Shown piece by piece: positions 47,743 through 55,725 of a DNA stretch of 64,000 bases. Origin of the DNA: Actinomycetes bacterium (GTDB taxonomy: Bacteria > Actinomycetota > Acidimicrobiia > Acidimicrobiales > Bog-793); the NCBI GenBank assembly GCA_021829645.1, contig JAKBPI010000001.1:136796-200795 (forward strand). The letters are read 5' to 3'. The notes under the pieces were generated by a model. That model made no database searches. It was not told the origin of the DNA and worked only from the letters and a program-made list of their open reading frames with translations. A program made the translations under genes and the position numbers. Position 1 is the first letter of the stretch; the number at the start of each line of letters is the position of its first letter.

Positions 47743-49074
47743 ATGACTCAAGCTCGTATTTTGGCACTGATGGGTTCGGGAGAAACCGCTCCCAGATTAG
47801 TAAAAACCCACAGAGAAATCCTTACCAAGTTCACCGATCCAAAAGTTACTTTGATCGCCACTCCGTACAGGTTTCAAGAGAATGTAAGCGAATTGTCAGA
47901 CAAAATTATCGAATTTTTTCGGGTTAGTTTATTGTCTGAAGTGATACCGGCTGATTTGCCTGAAAAAAAAGACGGTCCATATGATGATGTGGTCCCAGGG
48001 CTAAATGACGATTTGCAGTACAACAGGCTCTTGAGAGAAGCCGACGTCATATTTTCAGGTCCGGGAAGTCCCAGTTATGCTTTACACAGGTGGGAAAGCA
48101 GCTTAACAAAAGATTTGCTGAAGGAAAAGCTACAAAACGGTGGGGCCCTTGTCTTTTCAAGTGCCGCAGCGTTGACTTTGGGGGCTTACAGTATTCCGGT
48201 TTATGAAATTTATAAAGTCGGACAAGTGCCCAGATGGCTAACCGGGTTGAATGTTTTAGAGGCAATAGGGCTTAATACAGCCATTATTCCTCACTACAAT
48301 AATGCCGAAGGCGGAACGCACGACACCAGATTTTGTTATCTGGGAGAGCGTCGTCTCACTTTTTTGGAATCCCAATTACCCCAAGATGTGTCCATCATCG
48401 GTATTGACGAGCACACCTGCTTTCTGATAGATCTGAATGAATCTCTCGTCAAGGTAAGCGGCTTAGGTAACGTCACCGTCAGGCATAGGGGAAAATCACA
48501 CATTATCAAGACAGGTACAACTTTGGAGTTCGAGGCCTTACTCGAAGCTATTTCTGAACTTAAAGCCGAAGGCAATGAAGCCGGAAATTCTAAGGGGGCC
48601 GCGTTCCATGGGGAATCTTACCCTCTGAAAGATGTACAAAGCCCTGACACCAAAGGAAGTTCGGTTACCGATTTGCAAGAAAAATTGGGTCATCTCGAAA
48701 AAGAATTTACCCGTCTTGTGGATGAAAAGGATGCCGAACAGCTTTTCCCCGTGCTAAGCGAAGCTTTAAATTTATTGTTGGACGCCTGTATTACTATGGA
48801 CCCTCTTTCTGACGGGGATATAAAGTCAGGTTTAGAAAAGTTGAAAAGCAGGTATTTATTACTTGTCGGAGACTTGATAGATCACGCAAAACAGGGATTT
48901 ATTGACAAGAAAGCTCTTTACTCTCCACTGGTGGAAGCTTTGATTCAAATGCGCAACGAGGCACGAGATGCCAACCGCTATCAAGAAGCCGACAGACTGA
49001 GAGACGTTCTGGTAACGGTAGGAATTCAAATACAAGATAAAGCTGATTCTACGGGATGGGATTTTAAAGACTGA
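47743..49074 (+). CDS. Hypothetical two-domain protein: N-terminal S51/class-I-glutamine-amidotransferase-like region (tentative) plus a CysRS-C-terminal-like tail
   Basis: N-terminus ILALMGSGETAP...VIFSGPGSPSYAL...VFSSAAALTLG. The last 60 aa or so, RNEARDANRYQEADRLRDVLVTVGIQIQDKADSTGWDF, resemble the C-terminal domain of cysteinyl-tRNA synthetases. Confidence 0.35.
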   Translation: MTQARILALMGSGETAPRLVKTHREILTKFTDPKVTLIATPYRFQENVSELSDKIIEFFRVSLLSEVIPADLPEKKDGPYDDVVPGLNDDLQYNRLLREADVIFSGPGSPSYALHRWESSLTKDLLKEKLQNGGALVFSSAAALTLGAYSIPVYEIYKVGQVPRWLTGLNVLEAIGLNTAIIPHYNNAEGGTHDTRFCYLGERRLTFLESQLPQDVSIIGIDEHTCFLIDLNESLVKVSGLGNVTVRHRGKSHIIKTGTTLEFEALLEAISELKAEGNEAGNSKGAAFHGESYPLKDVQSPDTKGSSVTDLQEKLGHLEKEFTRLVDEKDAEQLFPVLSEALNLLLDACITMDPLSDGDIKSGLEKLKSRYLLLVGDLIDHAKQGFIDKKALYSPLVEALIQMRNEARDANRYQEADRLRDVLVTVGIQIQDKADSTGWDFKD

Positions 49075-49192
49075 CATAAGGCATTGCAATTCTGTCCAAA
49101 AATACGCAGTGCTACAGGATTAGTAGCTAAATTAAGCCGTCTAAGAAAATCAATACGGTTTAAACTGCTAATCTCTATTTAGTCATTAATCG

Positions 49193-49265
49193 GCCCCCAT
49201 CGTCTAGAGGCCTAGGACGTCGCCCTTTCAAGGCGGAAGCACGGGTCCGAATCCCGTTGGGGGTG
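49193..49265 (+). tRNA. tRNA-Glu (anticodon UUC), no encoded CCA, atypical T-loop
   Basis: It aligns with E. coli tRNA-Glu as I recall it: GCCCCCATCGTCTAGAGGCCTAGGAC..CCCTTTCAAGGCGG... The T arm is ACGGG-TCCGAAT-CCCGT, with C at position 55. Confidence 0.8.
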
Positions 49266-49780
49266 CTAACCAAGCGCTTTACGAGATCAGAAATAGTTCT
49301 TCTTGGTGTCGTAAAGTGGCAGTTTCGGTTACATTATGTTCTCATAAACAGTCAGTAGTTGTTTTTCAAGAACATGCACTTTCTAGTCTAATTTGTGCCA
49401 TGTCGCACCGGGCGCAATGTATTGAAATCAAAAACCACTCCCGAATAAGCCAAAATTTCCCTGCTGTTTGGATGGCAGGTAAGTACGGCTTGGTCGTAGC
49501 ACAAAGACGGTATTCCCGTTTTCTGTATGAGTCAATGTAAAGTACTCCATAGGAGTGGACTTATCCATTTGCGGTCATCAAGGTCGTGTCATAATACCTT
49601 GTAAAAGAGTCTCGGGGAACAGAGGGGCTGTTTACCTGTGAGGGGGTTCCCGGAGAGGGTGAACTTAGCTTTAAGGGCTTTTTATTTTTGATTGTCAAAA
49701 ATGTAAAAAATGACTTTTTAAGGTGCTACTTTTAAACAACAGGTTTAGGGAATACTTACCAGTATCCCTAAAAAAGGTAA

Positions 49781-49858
49781 GGACCTGTGGTGCAGCTCGG
49801 AGTGCACGCCGGCCTGTCAAGCCGGAGGTCGCGGGTTCAAATCCCGTCAGGTCCGCCA
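49781..49858 (+). tRNA. tRNA-Asp (anticodon GUC), CCA encoded
   Basis: Acceptor GGACCTG/CAGGTCC, anticodon arm CCGGC-CTGTCAA-GCCGG, T arm GCGGG-TTCAAAT-CCCGT, then GCCA. Confidence 0.9.
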
Positions 49859-49895
49859 CAACTTTGCTGGACGAGTGTTTCATGTCCACAAGTAT

Positions 49896-49971
49896 GGTCG
49901 GGTAGCTCAGTTGGCAGAGCGCGCGCCTGAAAAGCGTGAGGTCACCGGATCGACGCCGGTCCCGACCACCA
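49896..49971 (+). tRNA. tRNA-Phe (anticodon GAA), CCA encoded, atypical T-loop
   Basis: Acceptor GGTCGGG/CCCGACC, D arm GCTC/GAGC, anticodon arm CGCGC-CTGAAAA-GCGTG. The T arm is ACCGG-ATCGACG-CCGGT, with A at position 54. Confidence 0.85.
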
Positions 49972-50168
49972 TTTTTATGTCTTCTTACTAAAACGGCCGT
50001 TTGTAATGCACAGAATGTGAATATTGACACGGATGACATTTTGATTACAACATACCCGTATCGGCAATAATCATCCCGCCCGCTATTGACGACCTATTTT
50101 TTCTGGGGTAGAAGTTTATTGCTTTGGAAACGCCAAGGCTTTACCATCATTCCAATAGGGGAGGCAAT

Positions 50169-51551
50169 ATGATAGGTGTGAAAATAAAGCAGGTTTTGCA
50201 AATTGCAAAAAAGCATATCTTGGTAAGTACCCTCTTTGTATCAGGTATGACGGCAGTAGCGGGAGGTGTTGCGGCGGCCAATGTAGGTTCTGTGGCACCC
50301 GCATCTTCTGTCACCTCGATCAAGTCTTCATATCACCGGTATAAACCGGGTCGTCGAATCGGACAAAGAACAGGCTTTGGCAATTCTATGGGCGGATGTA
50401 CGTATGAAAACCATCTCATTTCTTGCACCACGGGGAGAGGGCGTAAAAATTGGCCCTTTAACCCGGGGCATCCCAATATGCCAGTCTCACCCACTCCTAC
50501 AACCTGCCAAGTGGCTTCTTCCGGCGACACAGTGCCGACGGGTCCTGTTACCGTATCTGTAAAAATGACACAGTATGGACCGGTTTTGGTAGTAGGAAGC
50601 GGATCCAGTGTCAATTGTGCTCTGTATATGCTGACAGCAGACAACACTGCTGCTTTACCGGCAACTTACGGTTGTACTGATTCCCCGGTGGTGCCAAACT
50701 TAGGTTCTTGTGCCCAAAACATTTGGCCAGCCTTGCTTTCCGGCGGCACACCCATAGCCGGAAGAGGAGTAAACCCCCATCTGCTCGGAGTCGTCAAAAG
50801 AACGGATGTGATCAGCGGACAAACGGTTGATCAGGTAACTTATAATGGTCATCCCCTCTATCAGTTCTTCCTCGACAAGACTTCTAATGAACTGAACGGT
50901 GCCGGTCTGAATGACGGTTTGGCCGGAGGTATTTGGTATCTGATGTCTCCAAGGGGTATACCGGCTTCAGGGCATGCCACTTTGACGCTTGAGGGGACCA
51001 CAAACGACGGTGTGGTGTTGTCTGCTTTGATGAACACCGGATCTGGTTACAAAGAATATCCGGTCTACACATTCAGCGGAGATACAAACAATAAAGTTGC
51101 TTGCACAGGAAAATGCGCTCAAATTTGGCCTCCTGTTTTGACTTCGGAATTTCCGATAGCCACAAATGGCGTGGATCAAAGATCCTTGGGTGTTATTAGG
51201 GACGCCGGCGGCAGTCTGCAAGTAACTTACGACGGCCATCCGCTGTATCTCTTCATCAAAGACGCAGGCGCCAGTGCTGCGGGCGAAGCTACAGGTAACG
51301 GCTTGGGGTCTTTGTTTGGCGGTACATTTGAGACAGTCAACCCTGCTGCTCCTATGACATCCACCACCACCACGATGGCACCTACCACCACGATGGCACC
51401 CACTACCACGATGGCGCCTACCACCACCACTATGACGTCCACGACTACGATGGCGCCTACCACCACCACGATGGCACCCACTACCACGATGGCGCCTACC
51501 ACCACCACGGCGGCGCCTACCACCACCACGGCATCAAATATATATGGGTAG
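50169..51551 (+). CDS. Secreted protein with two Lipoprotein_15-type repeats (Y-x-[FWY]-x-x-D) and a Thr/Pro-rich tail
   Basis: ATG 50169 follows GGGGAGG, whereas the track start is 50124. It has a signal/TM segment. TYNGHPLYQFFLDK and TYDGHPLYLFIKD match the COG4315/PF03640 repeat. The C-terminus is (T)TTTMAP repeated. Confidence 0.65.
   Translation: MIGVKIKQVLQIAKKHILVSTLFVSGMTAVAGGVAAANVGSVAPASSVTSIKSSYHRYKPGRRIGQRTGFGNSMGGCTYENHLISCTTGRGRKNWPFNPGHPNMPVSPTPTTCQVASSGDTVPTGPVTVSVKMTQYGPVLVVGSGSSVNCALYMLTADNTAALPATYGCTDSPVVPNLGSCAQNIWPALLSGGTPIAGRGVNPHLLGVVKRTDVISGQTVDQVTYNGHPLYQFFLDKTSNELNGAGLNDGLAGGIWYLMSPRGIPASGHATLTLEGTTNDGVVLSALMNTGSGYKEYPVYTFSGDTNNKVACTGKCAQIWPPVLTSEFPIATNGVDQRSLGVIRDAGGSLQVTYDGHPLYLFIKDAGASAAGEATGNGLGSLFGGTFETVNPAAPMTSTTTTMAPTTTMAPTTTMAPTTTTMTSTTTMAPTTTTMAPTTTMAPTTTTAAPTTTTASNIYG
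51353..51532. repeat. Coding tandem repeat (18-21 bp period) encoding TTTMAP/TTTTMAP units
   Basis: ACCACCACGATGGCACCT-type units recur about 9 times. The antisense ORF 51227-51529 (VVVG repeats) is its shadow. Confidence 0.85.
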
Positions 51552-51598
51552 CGTTAGTTCGTAGCTGATAATTTTTGGCAAGCAGTAACAGACAGAAG

Positions 51599-51634
51599 GG
51601 ACCGACTGATTATTCAGTCGGTCCTTTTGTTTTG
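51599..51634. terminator. Rho-independent terminator between convergent genes
   Basis: GGACCGACTGA (51599-609) pairs with TCAGTCGGTCC (51614-624) around the 4-nt loop TTAT, followed by TTTTGTTTTG. The stem also contains the stop codon of the minus-strand kinase gene. Confidence 0.75.
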
Positions 51635-52695
51635 ATGTTTAGAGAAGATTTCCAAAGATTGTAAGACGTTTCATTTTCTTGCAGAAATTCCGTAACGGAA
51701 TGAGGCCACTCACCGTTTAATTTAGCCGCCACTAAAAGCCCTCCAATACAAGAGGGAGTTGAGGGTGCTTTGATTGTAGCCCCCGGAAGGTATTTGTGGA
51801 TGTAGTTTTGGAACAGAGGACTTTTATCAACAAAGCCGCCTATGAGGCCCAAGTTAAACTTATTTTGATCTAGACCCAAATTGTTTATTGCACAGATTAC
51901 TAATGATCTGATCTCTTTTGCCGCTTCGTCAAAAACCTCCATAGCCATTTCGTCGTTTTCTAAAGCCGCTGTTTCTACCGCAGGTCCAAAGCCCGCTATG
52001 TCGGCTTTACTAAAAGGTCGATGGTAGGCTGCTTTTGCTAAGTGCAGGACAGAGGGTACGTCGTAGTGTCGGAGAGCCATCTCGGACAAGCTAGTAGCTT
52101 TACCTCTGCCATCGCGCCACTGAAATACTTTTTTGAGGCCGTTCAGTCCGATCAGGTAGCCGCTTCCCTCGTCGGCAAACAGGTGTCCCCACCCTCCGAC
52201 ACGCCAAGCTTGCCCTTCGTTATTAACGCCGAAACAGTTACTGCCGGTGCCGGAAATCACTACCACTCCTTCCTGGCATAGTAGTGAAGTGGACCAAGCG
52301 CTTACCACATCGTTCATAATCAATACAGACGTTTTGTCCACGGCATTACTGATGACGTTTTCCATTGCGATTATTTCATTACGCTCGTCTATTCCTGATA
52401 TACCGCCAAAACTTGCTTTTATAACAAAGTCACGTTCGTGGTCGTTGTATGCCTGTGAGAGGACTTCACGGATGCTCTCTAAAATGTTGACAGTGGCGGT
52501 CTCGGTGCCGTAAGCTTCAGGGTTACCCGGCCCCGTCCTGGCAAAATAAATTTTTTTGTTTGGAAGATATAGCGCTGTTTCTGTTTTTGTACCCCCCCCG
52601 TCTATCGAAAGATAGGCGTAGTTGATCCCGGATGCCGCCTTCATATTGGGAGCAAGTGGGGGAGGTATGGCTATAAGGGGTTCTTGAACAGTCAT
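51610..52695 (-). CDS. BadF/BadG/BcrA/BcrD-type ATPase (N-acetylglucosamine kinase-like)
   Basis: LSIDGGGTKTETAL phosphate-1 motif, VVVISGTGSNCFG and DEGSGYLIG motifs. Confidence 0.75.
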   Translation of the reverse strand: MTVQEPLIAIPPPLAPNMKAASGINYAYLSIDGGGTKTETALYLPNKKIYFARTGPGNPEAYGTETATVNILESIREVLSQAYNDHERDFVIKASFGGISGIDERNEIIAMENVISNAVDKTSVLIMNDVVSAWSTSLLCQEGVVVISGTGSNCFGVNNEGQAWRVGGWGHLFADEGSGYLIGLNGLKKVFQWRDGRGKATSLSEMALRHYDVPSVLHLAKAAYHRPFSKADIAGFGPAVETAALENDEMAMEVFDEAAKEIRSLVICAINNLGLDQNKFNLGLIGGFVDKSPLFQNYIHKYLPGATIKAPSTPSCIGGLLVAAKLNGEWPHSVTEFLQENETSYNLWKSSLNIKTKGPTE

Positions 52696-53018
52696 TAGCT
52701 ACATAATAGTTATGAAGTGAAGAAAAAAAAACTTTTTGATTATAAAAAAACTCAAATGCTTGGCATAAAGTCAAAATTGGCCAAGGAGCATCAGCTGATA
52801 AGTGCCGGACTTCTAAGAGGTCAGACTTGTGGGGTTAGTACTTAATAGTTTTTGGATGAAAATTCTAAAAAATGTATATCAAGATACTTAAATTTTTTCA
52901 TATCGGATAAACTGCTTACTTACTTATTAATCAAAGCCGATAAAGCAATTATCACAGAAAGAAAATACTTTTTTGCAACACTGGAATTGTTTGTAATCCT
53001 ATATTAAATGGTTGATTT

Positions 53019-54734
53019 ATGTTCTCTAAGATAAAAGCAGTTTTACCAAGGCGTATTTTCTATGCGGTGTTGCCACTGTTGTCGGTCGTGGCTTTTGTAT
53101 ATCCGTCTTTTACCACTCCCGCATTAGCATCGTACTTTTCTCCCCAAGCGGTTATTAATCAGCCCAAAATTACCAGACTGAGTCCACCGTCCGGAGCTTC
53201 GGGTACGCAGGTAACCGTTATCGGAAGTGGTTTTGGTGCTGATACAACTGTTTCGATAGGCGGTATTGTCGTTTCAGCAACGGTTAAGCCAAATGACAGG
53301 GCATTGGTGTTTACGGTTCCTAATCTGCGGGTAGGAAGTGCCACCATTATTGTGAATAACCCCGGTACCATAGAAGCAAGTACTGTCTTTCAAGTACTGC
53401 CATCCCTTGTCTTTACTCCCCCCACTATTCCGCAGGTGGAAGCGGGACAAAGTCTTTCAGTGCAGTTAGCAGCGACGGGAGGGAAATCCCCTTACACTTT
53501 TTCTACTGTGGGTGCTTTGCCGTCCGGTGTTAGCCTATCTTCAACCGGTCTGATAAATGGCAGCCCCACTCAATCCGGCGATTTTACCGCTACGTTGGTG
53601 GCAACAGATAACAATCATTTGAGTGTACAAACCAAAGTAACTTTTATTGTAACGCCAGGACCTACGATAACCACACAGACACTTCCACTCGTTGTACAAG
53701 GAGAAAACTTTTCAGACATCCTGTCGGCATCGGGAGGAACCCCACCTTATAGTTGGTATATTGCCAAGGGGGCTATTCCGGGCGGCCTTTTGTTGACTTC
53801 AAATGGTATTTTACAAGGACGACCCGGAGTTCCCGGAGTCTATGCTATCGATGTAAAAGTCGTCGATTCTATCGGGGCATCCTCGACATTGACCTTTTCT
53901 TTTACGGTCAAAGCGCCTCCTCCCCCTCCGCAAAGTGTTCTACTTGTGAGTAGGGGAGGTAGATTTGGGTCTTATGCTTCCTCTACGGCCGTTCCGCTGC
54001 AAGTGCCTACCAATGGTCACTTGCCGGGCATTACCGTAGGGATAGCCGAGTTGGCAGGGTCATCCGGTTATTTCGCGGCCAATTCCGTGGGTCGGGTTAC
54101 CACTTTTGATGCCAACTCGGCTCTCAGATCCGTGCCGAGAAGAAAATTGCAAGGTCGTATCATTGCTTTGGCTTCCGACCCTTCAGCTGCCGGATACTGG
54201 CTTTTGAGCAACAAAGGCATCATTTACAGAGGCGGGAAAGCCAAGTTTTATAAAACTTATTTGTCCAATGCACCTATAAAGGTCAAACACTCAATTCCCG
54301 GGACACCACTGGCGCATCAACATTTGGTGGGCATAGCAAGTGCACCCCATGGCAGCGGCTATTGGGTGGTTGGTTCCAATGGTTCACTATGGGGTTTCGG
54401 TGCGGCAAAACGATTGGTACCTTTCTATTTGCGTACAACCGTTAGGGCGAACCACAGTCGGGTGGTGGCCATAGCATCAGCTAAAGTGGGTATAGGATTC
54501 TATTTACTGCTTGCCGACGGAGAGGTTTTGTCATTTGGTTCGGCTGTAAACTACGGAAGCCCGGCTACTCGTCTCGCCGGTGCCACAAATATCATCATTG
54601 CTCCCGGTGGCAAAGGGTATTGGTTGTTGACCGGAACAGGTCAACTTCTTCCTTTTGGTCAAGCCACAAGCCTTACGTTTGTAAGCGGAGATAACTTAAA
54701 TAATTCCGTAATCGGCGGATTGTCAGAACGGTAG
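53019..54734 (+). CDS. Secreted multidomain protein: IPT/TIG, two Ig-like 'PYTF/PYSW' domains, a poly-Pro hinge and GYW-type repeats
   Basis: Signal peptide ...TTPALA. ITRLSPPSGASGTQVTVIGSGFG (IPT/TIG). GGKSPYTFS...LPSGVSLSSTGLINGSPT and GGTPPYSWY...LTSNGILQGRPG (putative Ig domains). PPPPPQ, then repeats containing GYWLL/GYWVV...G..FG. Confidence 0.55.
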   Translation: MFSKIKAVLPRRIFYAVLPLLSVVAFVYPSFTTPALASYFSPQAVINQPKITRLSPPSGASGTQVTVIGSGFGADTTVSIGGIVVSATVKPNDRALVFTVPNLRVGSATIIVNNPGTIEASTVFQVLPSLVFTPPTIPQVEAGQSLSVQLAATGGKSPYTFSTVGALPSGVSLSSTGLINGSPTQSGDFTATLVATDNNHLSVQTKVTFIVTPGPTITTQTLPLVVQGENFSDILSASGGTPPYSWYIAKGAIPGGLLLTSNGILQGRPGVPGVYAIDVKVVDSIGASSTLTFSFTVKAPPPPPQSVLLVSRGGRFGSYASSTAVPLQVPTNGHLPGITVGIAELAGSSGYFAANSVGRVTTFDANSALRSVPRRKLQGRIIALASDPSAAGYWLLSNKGIIYRGGKAKFYKTYLSNAPIKVKHSIPGTPLAHQHLVGIASAPHGSGYWVVGSNGSLWGFGAAKRLVPFYLRTTVRANHSRVVAIASAKVGIGFYLLLADGEVLSFGSAVNYGSPATRLAGATNIIIAPGGKGYWLLTGTGQLLPFGQATSLTFVSGDNLNNSVIGGLSER

Positions 54735-54740
54735 ATAACC

Positions 54741-55586
54741 CTAAAGCTCCGGTTTGGCAGCGATAAGCTTTTCCAATACCCCGTCTGCTATAGCCAAATC
54801 TCCTTCTCCGGTGCCTATGGAGAGTTCCGGTTTGTATTTACCATGGAAGTCAGATCCGCCGGTTGGGATAAAACCATACTGTTCGGCTAAGGCTGCAAGT
54901 TTTAACCTTGTGCCGGGACTGTATTTTCCGTAGTGGCACTCTATGCCCACGATACCCAACTCTCTCAGAGGAATTAAATTTTGTTCCAGTTGGTCGAAAC
55001 TAAAACTACCCGATAAAGGATGTGCCAGTGAAGTAACGCCTCCGGAAAGTTTGACGGCCGATACTAACTCTCTCAGTTCTGTGCGCTCCTTCGGTATGTA
55101 TGCTTTTCCTTTGTTTCCGAGCCAGACGTTAAAAGCATTCTCAAGAGAGCCGGCTATTTTGCGATTTACAAGAACTTGGGCAAAGTGAGGTCTCCCGATA
55201 AGTCCGCCGCCGGCCTCCTTTTCAACTTCATCCAGAGAAATGTCCGCTCCAAGTTCATTTAATCTAGTCACAAGCCTTTCATTTCTTGAAATCCGGTCTT
55301 GTCTCAGAGTCGCTAGGTAGAGCCCTAGCGGGCTTTTGGAGTCGGAAACGAAATAGCATAAAACGTGGACAGAGGTATTTTGGTTATATAAAGAACTGAC
55401 TTCACATCCGGGTATCAGGGGCACTCCAAGTTCTTCTGCTTTTGTGGCCGCCCGTTCTAATCCGTCAAAAGTATCGTGATCAGTTAAGGCAATCGCCGAT
55501 AGACCTATTTTTTTGGCCGTCTCGATAATCGATTCAGGAGTTTCAGAACCGTCGGAAAAGTTGGAATGGGTATGGAGATCTATCAC
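54741..55586 (-). CDS. PHP-domain phosphoesterase (TrpH/YciV-like)
   Basis: MIDLHTHSNFSDGS, ALTDHDT and GGSDFHG motifs. Confidence 0.8.
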   Translation of the reverse strand: MIDLHTHSNFSDGSETPESIIETAKKIGLSAIALTDHDTFDGLERAATKAEELGVPLIPGCEVSSLYNQNTSVHVLCYFVSDSKSPLGLYLATLRQDRISRNERLVTRLNELGADISLDEVEKEAGGGLIGRPHFAQVLVNRKIAGSLENAFNVWLGNKGKAYIPKERTELRELVSAVKLSGGVTSLAHPLSGSFSFDQLEQNLIPLRELGIVGIECHYGKYSPGTRLKLAALAEQYGFIPTGGSDFHGKYKPELSIGTGEGDLAIADGVLEKLIAAKPEL

Positions 55587-55725
55587 AACAAAAAGATACT
55601 AGCTTTGCCGGCATCAAGGCAACTAAATTGTGAAAGACGGGAAAGCAAAAAAGTCTTCCGAACTATAGGTGGTTGATCTCACTTTTAGGCACGAAACCGA
55701 GCCTGATAATGGCATAATGTATTAA

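Noticed and set aside
49695-50039. 114-aa minus-strand ORF
   Set aside because: It runs antisense straight through tRNA-Asp and tRNA-Phe and is a spurious ORF.
51227-51529. Minus-strand ORF of Val/Gly repeats (a similar one lies at 60982-61242)
   Set aside because: These are antisense shadows of the Thr/Pro-rich coding repeats of the plus-strand secreted proteins.
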